A DNA stretch of 64,000 bases from Geosiphon pyriformis uo1. Lineage: Eukaryota; Fungi; Glomeromycota. The notes beneath the pieces are model-generated. The model was not told where the DNA came from and did no database searches. It saw only the letters and a program-made list of their open reading frames with translations. Where the stretch lies: assembly GCA_016748015.1 (NCBI GenBank), contig JAAOMT010000607.1, positions 620,001-684,000 on the forward strand. The letters are read 5' to 3'. Positions 39,912-51,629 of this stretch are shown in pieces (the first letter of the stretch is position 1; the number at the start of each line of letters is the position of its first letter). The position numbers and the translations under genes are program-made.

Positions 39912-42900
39912 CTGGTTTGATTTGGAAGGTTGCTATGTGTAATGTTCGGGGCATGAACGTTCCTACGAAGCAGGATGATATAGTTTGTTGGCATAAGGAC
40001 ATGGGCAATTTGGTTTCTATTTTTACTGAGACAAAGTTGAAGGATAAGGTTCATCCCTGAATTATCAACAGATTTAATGGTGTTCGGGTGTTTATCTCTG
40101 GTTTGGATTCTGGATATCTGGGTGCTAGTGTGGTGGTTGTCCTGAACTCTTCTTTGACAAGGCATGTGTACAAGGTTTCTGAAGTACCTGGCTGGCTTCT
40201 GTCTGTTAAATTGCTTTTCAAGAATAAGCTCTCAGTGTCAATTCTGGGGCTTTACGCTGGTGCTTCTTTGGTGGTATGGTTTTCTCAGGCTGATAAGATC
40301 AACTCTCTTATTGTGAAGACTGTTAACGAATCTTCTTTCGTCATTCTCGGGGGTGATTTTAATAAAGACAGTTCTCATAAGAGTGTGAGTTTCAAAAAAT
40401 GCTTTGATTTGGGTCTGGTCAATTCTTTAGTCAATAGCCCGGCTGTGAAAATGCCCACTTGGGAAAATTCTAGAGATGTTAAAAAAACAATTGATTACGT
40501 GTTTGTCTCCCCAAATCTGGTCAATGCGATAGCAAATTGTGGAGTTTTAAATGTCAATAAGTATTTTGACATGGACCATCAAGCTGTTTCAGTGTCTTTG
40601 GGTTTGGGTGGACTTTTGGATATGTGCTTGAATTCTCTTCGCACACAAGCGAATAGAGATCATTGGAAGTTTGACATCAAGAGTGTCAATGAAGCTAGGT
40701 AGTTGGAGTTCAAAGATGCTTCAGCTGCTAATGCCTTTATGTTCTCGGATGCTTTTGGTGTGGCAGTGAGGTTTTCAGATAAGGATGCTATGTGGGACAT
40801 TGTTTGCAAGGTCATGGTTTTTTTAGCAGGTGGTACATTTAAGAAAAAATGGTTCAAAGGTTTTGATAGTGTGTTTACCAAGACTTCCTTTAGGTTTTAC
40901 AAGCTGGAGCTGCTGGTTTCTAAGTTGGTTAAGGCTTCGCGTTTGGCTTCTAGTGATGGTTTTGCCTCTTTGTTGGAGGTGTGGCACAGACTTGACTCCC
41001 CTGGTGCATCAGTGGTTAAGTCTCTGTTTCTTTCAGGTTCTAATTTTGATCTTATTCATTCTGCACTGGCCAAAGCAAGGAAATCGTACTGCTCTTTCAA
41101 ATTGTTGGAATCCAAGCACACTGAAGAGTCTTTGATCAAGCAGGCTATTGATAAGAGAATGGAGAGTTTTGAGCTGAATAAGGGTCACACCATTAGGAGC
41201 ATTTTAAAGCATCCTTTTCGCAAGGTGGTCCTGAATCATCTGGTTATAGAAGATGAGTTGGTTTTAGAGCCTGATTTAAGGTGGACAAAATTATGGAGGG
41301 ATGGACCAAAAAGCATAAGATAGTATCTGATATCTCTGAGGATTGGGCCCACCAATATCAGCCTCTGGATTACGTGTTCGATGGTGCTTTCTCTAATGTC
41401 ATGTGTTCAATTAGTTTAGATGAATTATTAACTGTTGTCAAGGATTTTCTTGATGGAAAGATGGCTGGTTTTTCTGGTATCTTTAACAAATTGTAGAAAC
41501 ATTGTGACAAATCTGTTTTGAATATGCTTTTGGTGCTTTTGAATTCCTGTTTGGTTGGTAAGTCGGTTCCTGGGCCATGGAGAGAAGCTTGGGTTTCAAT
41601 GATTCCTAAACCATATGAATGGAAGGGAGTTCTTACGAACACCCATCCTATAGCTTTAATTGAAATGGCCTGCAAAATTCTTTCCAAGATCCTTTCAGAT
41701 AGAATTTCATTGGCTTGCAGCACTTTTGAGGTTCTTCGTGAAGATAATTTTTCTGTTTTGAAAGGTACGATGATGCAATCTCCCATTTTTGCTATTGGTT
41801 CTGTGGTTGAGAATGCCTTGAAAAAGAACTGTGAACTTTGGCTGGTTTTACAAGACATGTGCAAAGCTTATGACTCAGTTGGTTGGGAACATCTTAAGAG
41901 AAGTCTGGTTAGGATCAAAATATGTGACAGATTTATTAGATTTTTTGGCAGTATTCACAATAGTCGCGTCAACAGGGTGATGACTGACTTTGGCTTGACT
42001 AATGGGTATTGTGTCCATGATGGGCTGGATCAGGGAGAAGTTTTCTCACCCCTTCTCTGGCATATTTTTTATGATTCACTTTTGTGCGAAGTCAAGAGAC
42101 AGGAGAGTATGTGTAGTTACAAATTGAATTCTCATTTTATTTCCAAAACTGGCCAAGTAGATCTTCAAGCTGGACTGACTTTTTTTTTTGCTGCTGGTGC
42201 TTTCATCAATGATACTATTTGGATTGGTAGCAGCCAGGCTGCTACTCAACACATCCTTAATGTTGCTAGTGAATTTTTCAGGTTCAATAACATTTCTATA
42301 AATAATAACAAGATGGTTGCCATCCCTATCAACTGTTGGGTGATGGACCCACGTTTAACTATTAGTGGCTTGCCCATTTCCATCGCCAAGAAGGGGGAAT
42401 CTCATCGCTATCTGGGTATTTTTTTGTCTTCTGAGGGTCTTTCGAAGCCTAGCTTGGCTAAAGCTTAGGCGGATGTGTGGTTTTTTGTAAACTTTGTTTT
42501 AAAGAAGGCAGTTTCGGACAAACAGTGTGCATATTTGGTGTCTGCAGTTCTTTTCTCTGTCATTAGCTACAGGACTCAGTTCAGTTTTGTTTCTGTTGGT
42601 GTTTGTAATAAATGGGATGCTCTGGTGCACAAAATCTTGAAATCTAAGTCTGGGTTGCCACGTGATTTCCCCAGTGATATGCTTCATTATCCCTCTTTGT
42701 ACAATTTAAAGATCTTCGAACAGATCCAGACTAAGAGTAAATCAGCCTCCATTGTTGCTTTTGTGAATTCTACTGGTGTCTTGGGTCACTTGTTCTCTCA
42801 TAGGTCTCATGATCTCCAGGTTCTCAGCTGGTGTCCTCATCATTCCTTGCTGTTTCCGGCTCGCGTTAGTGTTAGTCCCTCAAATAATTTTTTGGCGGGT

Positions 42901-44586
42901 GTGGTTTGTATCTTTTCTGGGTATGATTTGTCTTTAGATGGCTCTCTGACTTGTGTTTTTTACCATCAGAGTAGTACTCCTATGTCTCTGGTTCTCAGTG
43001 AACACTATTTTTTCAAGTGTGTCTCTTCACTCAGGCATTATAGAATTGCTTTTGTGGAACAACTTTGTGACCATAGTGGAGATGTTTTTAGTTGGAGAAC
43101 CTTCAAGCATTGGAAGAGGCTGGACCCTTGTGGCCCAGTCTCTTTGTGGTTTGATCTTTCCGTTCAATTTCTCGGTAGTGTTGTTCCTCCTTTTATTTGT
43201 CCCTCTTTTGTAGAGGATCGTGCTAGTTCTGATGTTCATCTGTCTCATAATTTTGGTGTGGTTTGTGACACTCTGCTGACCATCAGTACTGCTTGCCTGT
43301 CTGTGTATATGGATGGGTCTCTAAGTGGTCTGGGCACTGTTGACATGAAAGCAGGTGCTGCCACTTTCTTTGAGGACATTAACTCAGATTTGGGTGTTGA
43401 AGTGTCTGGTTTGGTTTCTTCTGCTCTAATGGAATTGCAGGCAATTGCTTTGGCTCTTGAGTGTGTTCTCTCTTTTCAGTTGGTTGACTTGTTTTTGAAC
43501 AGCCAAGCTATTGTAGATGTGTGCAAGTCAGAGTTTTTGTTGGTTTATCCAGATTTTAGGAACCGTTGTTGGATTGAGTGCTGTCACATAGCTAATGTCA
43601 TTCATCACAAGAATTTGGAAGTGAATTGGATTAAAGTTAGGGGTCATTCAGGCATCCCAGGCAATGAACATGTTGATGCACTTGCTAAGGAGGCTGCTTC
43701 TTCTGCTTGGCGCCTGCCTTATTTGGTCGGCAAATGTTTTCTGAAGACAGATGGTACCACGGTTTCTAGTAATTCTAGACACTTTGTTCATGATGTTTTC
43801 TGTTTGGTTCATCGCGCTCGATGGGAGGTTGGGTCTGGCTCTTGGGTTGTGGCAGATGGTTTGCGTGCTGATATTGATTGGTCCAAGTCTTCTCTGGTGT
43901 GGCACTCCAATTCTCACTTGGCTGCTGGTTTCATTAGTGTGCATATGGCTGGCTTTCAGACTTATTTTATGAAGGCCCTTCATTGTCAGCTCCCAGTTGC
44001 TGTGTGTAAGTGTTTGTATAATAGGAGGTATCCCAGTGTAGTGTGTTTGTATTGTGATGATGTTGAGATCTCGGATCATGTCTTTTCTTGTTCTCATGAT
44101 GCCACTAGTTGTGCCCAATTGTTGGATGTTCATGCTTCGGCTTGGGTGGCTCTTTCTGGTCTGTCTTGGTCTTTTTCATGTGTCTTGCAGCTGTTGGATT
44201 TCTGTGTTTCTAAGATTGGAGTTGGTGCTGCTCTGTATAAAGGCTTTGTTTTCAATGATTGGTATTGTGAGTCTGTTTCAGTTTTCAGAGATTCTAAGGT
44301 TGGGGCTGGTAAAATTGTGGATTTTGTACGTGAGTTTTGTTTTGCATTTTGGAATAACATTTGGTTGGTTCACGCCAGGTACCGGGCGTTTATGGAAAAG
44401 CACAGTTTGATTCCACGTGACAGCTCCACTCCCACTTTAGTTTCTGGTTTGTCTATTGTTTTTTCAGCTGGTGTAGTTAGATTGCTAGGTATGGTTAAGG
44501 CTTTTGGAGTTGGTTTCGGGTTTCGTAAGTTTTGTCCATTTTTTTCAGGTATTAGGGATTTGGTTTCTGTACATATAGGTGTATAG
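39908..44586 (+). pseudogene. LINE A ORF2 (APE, RT, RNase H, C-terminal CCHC)
   Basis: CNVRG, ETKL, GGDFN, IDYVF and DH (APE); IPKP, HPIALIE, QDMCKAYDSV, GLDQGEVFSP, AFINDT and RYLGI (RT); VYMDGS, ELQAI and VRGHSGIPGNEHVDALAK (RNase H); CLYCDDVEISDHVFSC. Confidence 0.95.
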
Positions 44587-45011
44587 TATAGTCTTGACTG
44601 GCCCGAGTGGCTGGTCATGTGTAGAAAGTGCATGATTCACTCCTAGTTTAGATCATTTGTATGATGTAAGGCACTAGATCACATTTGGATCTTACTCGTT
44701 AAATTAAATAAAAAAAAAATAATTAGTTTTATTTTTATTTTTTATTTTTTTAATTGGTTAAAAATTTATTTAAAAATTTATTTTAAAAATAAAAACTAAA
44801 AAATAATTTTTTCTAATATTAAAATTATATATATGTTTATAGTTATATAAAAAAACATATAATAATAGAAAAAAAACTTCTTTCTCTCCTTCATCCAAAA
44901 TTCCCAAAAAAGAGTCTAAAGTTTTTTTGAAAGAAGTTTTTTACTATTCAGTATGATAAGTCAAAACCATTCTTTGATTATGAGGCCACTGTTGGCTCTG
45001 TTATTGCTGTT

Positions 45012-46811
45012 ATGAAAAAGACTATTAAAGTTTCTGGTTCTGAGAGTGGTTTCAAGCCGGTTGTATCAAAGAAGAAGAGGAAGGGAGATGTATTGGCAGA
45101 GGGTATTGATAATAGAGAGGTTGCTACTGAAGCTCCTGGTGCTTGTTCATGAGGTTCTGAAACAGGTAACACTACTGAGTCTGAGAGTATTGACATGAAG
45201 GAGGAGTGCCTGGTTAAAGAAACTAGTGTTGACTATGGTGAAAATGGCACTTTCGTAGAAGGAGATCCTAATCAAATGCCAAAGAGTTTGCGTGTAAAGA
45301 CCAAAAAGGTGTTAGAGAAGCCTCTGGGTGTTATTAATTATGGTACTGTCAATACAGACAATGATGTGTTAGACAATTTTTTTCTTCTCCTGCCTCTTCT
45401 GCCTATCAAACTGTTCGTTCAAGTGCCTGTTCACAAATCCTTTGCTTTAGATATTGATTTTATGGCCATCACTGGGAAATCTTCTCAAGAAAAATTGAGT
45501 TTTATCAAAAAAAATTTTTCAAGTGTGAATGATTTTGAGGGGGCTTCTACTCTCTCAAAATTTGGTGGAATTATTTGTGCAACTTTCACTTCGGAAAAGG
45601 CAATGATGGCTGCTGGGAAGTTGGCAAATGATCATAGTGTTGTGGTAAACACTGATTTCAAGTGCCCTAACAACATTCGTACGAATCGGGATATTGTGTT
45701 AAAAAAGATTCCTGTGGGAACATCAATGGAGGCTGTGCATACAGCTGTGTCCGAATTTGGGATTATTAAGAAGATCAGAATGCAGTTGGTGGGATTGTGG
45801 CAGAAAGTGATTATCAAGATAGAAGATCAAAATCAGGCTGATCTCTTGGCAAACAAATGGTCTATTTTTATTGGGAAAGATGCAGTTCATGTGGCCAGAG
45901 CTGACGTGAATAAACAGATATGGGATTCTAGAGACAGATTCAGGGCATTGTTTTACACTCTTCCTGTGGGTACAAATGCTCATGATCTGTGGGATTTTCT
46001 GGATTTGGTGGGTGAGAAAACATGCGTCATTGATTGCAATTCTGTTAACTACACTCGTGCATGCTACACTTTTGTGGGTTTTGGGTCTGAGGATGTCCTA
46101 TTGCAGACTATGACTAACATGCCTATTATAAAAGGTGTACATCTTTACTGGTTGCATTTGTTTACTGCCTTGTGTTCCTCTTGCAATTCTCTTGGTCATA
46201 TGTCTTTGGTTTGTAAGTCGGATGGTGTGTCTTTAGGTCCTAAGAGCAAAAAAGCCCCTCTCTTGGCTCAGGATCAGTTTAGATTGGCAAAAATTTATGA
46301 GAAAAAGTCTGTGCCCATTTTCCGTCTTCTGGCTTTTGGTAGTAAGACTTGGACTTCAGTAGTTGGCTCTCCTCCTTTAGGCACATCTTGTGGATATGAT
46401 TCTCAACTTGGTTCCATTGGTATTGGTAAATCTCTCCCTCCTGTGGTAAATAATTTGGAAAAACAGTTGGTTATTATTGAAAGCAGTCTTGTCAGCCTCG
46501 CAAAATGAATTAGTGAGTTGGCTAAGAGGTTGGATTTATTCGTGCTGGCAGTTTTTCAGCCTAGCCCTAGATGTCAGCTGCTGGTGACCTCTCCATCACA
46601 GAATTAGATGGATGATATAGTAATGGGAGAGGGCTCGGGTAAAGCCACTTATGGCAAGACTGCTATGCTTGTGAATCTGTCTGTGTCCCCTTAAGTAATC
46701 AAGCTGAAAACTATATTGGAAGGTCTCTCAGCCTCTGTTCTAAGCTTGTCTGCTTGCTTTGATGGTTTGGTTCTGGCTGGCAGTGCACTTCCTTAACCCT
46801 CTTCTCAATAA
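45012..46811 (+). pseudogene. LINE B ORF1
   Basis: 437-aa open stretch with RRM-like segments and CSSCNSLGHMSLVC. Confidence 0.9.
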
Positions 46812-49800
46812 CTAATCTTATCTGGAAAATTGCCACATGTAATGTTAAAGGTATGAACAATCCTGCCAAACAGGATGATATTGTTCGGTGGCACAAAGAT
46901 ATAGACAATTTGATTTTGATTTTTATGGAAACAAAGTTGAAAGATAAGGCTCGTCTATGGTTGGCTAACAAGTTTGATAATGTTTGTGTGTTTTCTTCTG
47001 GTTTGAATTCTGGCTATGTTGGTGCTGGTGTTACAATTGTATTGAATAGTTCTTTGGCTAAGCATGTTTGTAAGGTTTCTGAGATTCCAGGTTGACTTCT
47101 GTGTGTCAGACTTTTTTTCAGAAACAAACTCTCAGTTTCTATTTTGGGGCTTTATGCTGGTGCTTCGTCAGCTATTCAATTTTCTCAGGCTGACAAGGTT
47201 AATTCTTTAATTGCAAAGGCTGTTAATAAATCTTCTTTTGTTGTCCTTGGTAGTGATTTTAATGAGGATGGTTCTCATAGGTATGCTAGCTTCAAAAAAT
47301 GTTTTGAGTTGGGCCTGGTCAACTCTCTGCATGAAAGTTTATTTGTAAAGACACTGACTTGGTACAACTCTTGTGGTGTTAATAAGACAATTGATTATGT
47401 TTTCATCTCTTCTAATTTGGTGCAGTGGTAGATTGCAGTGTGGCTGGTGTTGAGGACTTTTTTGACACTGATCACAGGGCTGTTTTTGTTTCTGTGGGCT
47501 TGGGTGGCCTGCTTGATGTCCAGTTAAATTCAATACGCAAGCAAGTGAATAAAGACCATTGGAAGTATAATATCAAAAATGTCAATGAATCTAAGTGGTC
47601 TGAATTCAGAGAGGCCATGGCTGTTAATGCTTGTATGTTCTCAGATGCTTTTGTTGTTGCTAAGTGGTATTCAGATTTGGATGTGATGTGGGATATTGTT
47701 CGCAAGGTTTTGGTTCTCTCGGCTGGTGGAACTTTCAGAAAAAAGTGGTTCAAGTGCTTTGATAGTGTTTTTAATAAGATGTCTTCCAGGTTTCATAAAC
47801 TGGAACTGCTTGTGTCTAAGTTGGTTAAAGCTTCTCATCTGGTTTTTGGTGGAAACTTTGCTTCTTTGTTAAACACTTGAGACAGACTTGATTCTGTGGG
47901 TGCTTCATCAGTAAAGTCTCTATTTTTTGCTGGCTCTGGTTTTGATGCTGTCCATTCTAAGCTGGCTAAGACTAGGAAATCTTACCACTCTGCTAAATTG
48001 TTAGAATCTAAGCATGCTGAAGATTCTCGTATAAGACAGGCTATTGAGAAGAGAATAGAGAGTTTTGAGATAGACAAGGATTATACCATTCAGAGTGTTT
48101 TGGAGAGGCTGTTTCGGAAGGTGGTATTGGATCATCTGGTCGTGGATGAGGATTTGGTATTGGAGCCTGAGTTGGTTAAATCTAAGGTGAATGTGATTAT
48201 AGAGAGTTGGACTTGGAAGCGTGTAGTGGTGCCTGATATTTCTAGTGATTGGAAATAACAATTCCAGTCTTTGGATTATGTCTTTGATGGTGCCTTCACC
48301 AACATCATGTGCTCAATTAGTTTTGATGAGATGTTTGGGGTTATTTCCGATTTGCTCAAGAGGAAAGCGGCTGGTCTTTCTGGTATACCTAATGAATTTT
48401 AGAAACATTGCAATAAGTCGGTTCTAGATATGCTTTTGGTACTCTTGAACTTTTGCTTGGTTAGTGAGACAGTGCCTGGACCTTGAAGGGAGGCTTGGGT
48501 TTTGATGATTCCTAAATCTTATGAGTGGGAGAGTGTTCTCACAAATACCTATTCTATTGCTCTGATTAAAACAGCCTGTAAAATACTTTCCAAGATTCTT
48601 TTGGACCAGATCTTTTCAGCTTGTAATGCTTTTAATGTCCTTTGTGGGGACAATTTTTCTGTCTTGAAAGATACAACTATGCAATTGCCCATTTTTGCCA
48701 TCAGTTCTGTAATTGAGAATGCCTTGGAGAAGAACCGGAAATTGTGGCTGGTGTTGCAGGATATGTGGAAGGCTTATGACTCTGTTAGTTGGGAGCATCT
48801 TAGGAAAAATCTGGTCAGAATCAAGATATGTGATAGGTTTATTAAATTCTTTGGTGGCATCCATAATAGCCACGTTAACAGAGTGATGATGGATTTTGGA
48901 TTGACTGATAGTTATCATGTTCATGATGGTTTGGATCAGAGTGAGGTTTTCTCACCTCTTTTTTGGCATATATTTTATGATTCACTCTTGTGTAAGGTCA
49001 AATAACAAGAGAGTGTGTATGGCTACAGGTTGATTTCCCATTTTGTCACTAGAACTGGTTGCGTGAAATCTCAGAATGGGCTGTCATCATTTCTGGCTGC
49101 TGGTGCTTTTGTTGATGATATGATTTGAGTTGGTAGCAGCCAGGCTGCTATTCAATATATTCTGGATATTGCTAGTAACTTTTTCAGGTTTAATGACATT
49201 TCAATTAACAATGACAAGACTGTAGCCATTTCCATCAACTGTAGAGTTGCGAATTTGGTTTTGACTGTGAGTGGCTCACCTATTTCTATTGCCAAAAAGG
49301 GTGTACTTCATCATTATTTAGGTATATTTTTGTCTTCTGACGGTCTTTTGAAACTTAGCCTGGCTAAAGCACATTTAGATGTTTGGTTTTTTGTCAATCT
49401 CATAATTAGAAAGGCAATTTCGGATAAGCAATTTGCTTATTTGGTGTCTTTGGTTCTCTTTCTTATCATTGGCTACAGGACTCAGTTCAGTTTTGTTTCT
49501 CTCAGTATGTGTAGTAAATAGGATGCTTTGATTTGCAAGGACTTGAAATCTAAATCTGGGCTGCCACTGGATTTTCCTAATAATACACTTCATCATCCTT
49601 TCTTGTACAATTTAAAAACTTTTGAGCAAATTCAGGCTGAGGACAAGTCAGTTTCTGTTATTGTTTTTGTGAATTCTGTTGGTGTTTTGGGTCATCTGTT
49701 TGCTCACCAGTCTCATGACCTCCAGGCTTTTAGCTGGCATTCCCGCCACCCTCTGTTGTTTTCGGCCCATGTTAGTGTCAGCCCTTTGAATAACTTTCTG

Positions 49801-51492
49801 GCAGGTGTGGTTTGTGTTTTTTCTGGATGTGATTTATCTCTAGGTGGCTCTTTGGCTAATGCTTTTCGTTTTTGGGGTGGTATTCCTATGTCCTTGGTTC
49901 TTGGTGAGAAGGTTTTTTTTAAATGTGTCCTTTCCCTTAAACATTATAGTATCACCTTTGTGAAACAGCTTCATGGCTGGGATGGTGATATTTTTGATTG
50001 GAAGACTTTCAAGCATTGGAAGAGACTGGATTCCCGTGGCCCAGTTCCCTCCTGGTTTGATCTCTCTGTTCGTTTTCTTGGTGGCACTGCTTTTTTTTCT
50101 GTTTGCTCTTCTCATGTGGAATTTTGTGGCTTTCTGGATGTCCATTAGTCTTTTGGTTTTGGTGCTGTCTGCAATAGTCTGTTGAATGCTGGTGCCAACC
50201 ATCTTTCTGTGTATACAGATGGGTCTCTGAGTAACTTGGGTACTATTGACATAAAGGCTGGTGCTGCTGTTTTTTTTGAAGACATTAATTTGGGTCTGGG
50301 TGTAGGGGTGTCTGGTTTGGTTTCTTCCATCTTGGTGGAATTGCAGGCCATTGTTTTGGCTCTTGAGTGTGTTTCTTCTTTCCATGCAGTCAACTTGTTT
50401 TCAGACAGCCAGGCGGCTCTAGATGCATGCAGATTGGAGTCCTTGTTGGTTGGACCTGATTACAGGAATCATTGTTGGATCAAGTGTTGTCATATTGCCA
50501 ATGTTATTCATCGCAAAAATTTGAATGTGAATTGGTTTAAGGTTAAAGGCCATTCAGGCATTTTAGACAATGAGCATGCTGATGCATTAGCTAGAGATGC
50601 TGCTCTCTCTGCTTGGTGTCTGCTCCATTTAGTCAATGAGAGGTTTATTAAGGCTGGTGTTGATGCAGTTTCTGGTAATTCTAGACACTTTGTTCATAAT
50701 GTTTTTAGGTCAATCCATTGTGCGTATTGGGAGGTTGGTTCTGGTTCCCAGGTTGTTCCAGCTAGTTTGCATGCTGATATTGATTGGCTGAAGTCTTCTC
50801 TGGTTTGGCACCCAGACTCTCACTTGGCTTCAGGTTTCACTAGTGTGCGAACTGCTGGCTTTCGGACGTACTTTATGAAGGCTTTTCACCATCAGCTCCC
50901 TGTTGCTGTGTAGAAGTGCTTATATGATCGGAGTTATCCCAGTGTGGTGTGTTTGTTTTGTGGTAATATTGAGGTCTTAGACCATATTTTTTCTTGTCCA
51001 TTTGAGGCTGCTGGTCATGCTCGGCTGTTGGATGATCATGCATTGGCTTGGGAAATATACTCTGGCTTGGTTCAGTCTTCTTTGTGTATCTCACAGTTGC
51101 TGTCCACTTGTATTGCTAATGCTGCAATTGGTACAGCTCTGTATAAGGGCTTTGTTTTCAGTGATTGGTTTTGTGAATCAGTTTCAGTTTTTAAGGATTT
51201 TAAGGTTGTGACTTTGGTTATTGTGGATTTCATGCGTGCATTCTGTCTCTTCTTTTGGGATGATATTTGGCTGGTCTATGCTAAACACTGGGCTTTTATG
51301 GAAAAGAATAGGCTTATCTCACATGATGGTTCTGTTTCAGTTTTGGTTTTTGGTTCTACTTTGTTGTTTTCTCCTGGTGTGGTCAGATTGTTGAGTATTG
51401 CTGAGGCTTTTGGTATTGGTTTTGGGTTTCACAAGTCCTGTTTGTTTTTTTCAGGTATTGATAATGTAGTTTCCATTCACATAAGTGCTTAG
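46808..51492 (+). pseudogene. LINE B ORF2 (APE-RT-RNase H-CCHC)
   Basis: GSDFN, QDMWKAYDSV, AFVDD, VYTDGS...SDSQAA...KVKGHSG and CLFCGNIEVLDHIFSC; start ATG mutated to ATA. Confidence 0.93.
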
Positions 51493-51629
51493 TGTCATTC
51501 TGGTTGGCCTGAATGGCTGGTCATGTATAGAAAATACATGATTCGCTCCTAGTTTAGATCATTTGAATAATGTATAGTACTAGGTCGTGTTTGGATTTCA
51601 CTCATTAAATGTAATAAAAAAAAATATAA

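Larger units (their letters stand above)
37833..44719 (+). mobile_element. Full-length LINE copy A
   Basis: 5' UTR, ORF1, ORF2, 3' tail and poly(A); candidate TSD AAAATAATTAGT (37804-37815 and 44716-44727). Confidence 0.96.
44877..51624 (+). mobile_element. Full-length LINE copy B
   Basis: ORF1 ~45012-46811, ORF2 46808-51492, tail and poly(A); candidate TSD AAAAAAAYATATAATAATA. Confidence 0.95.
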
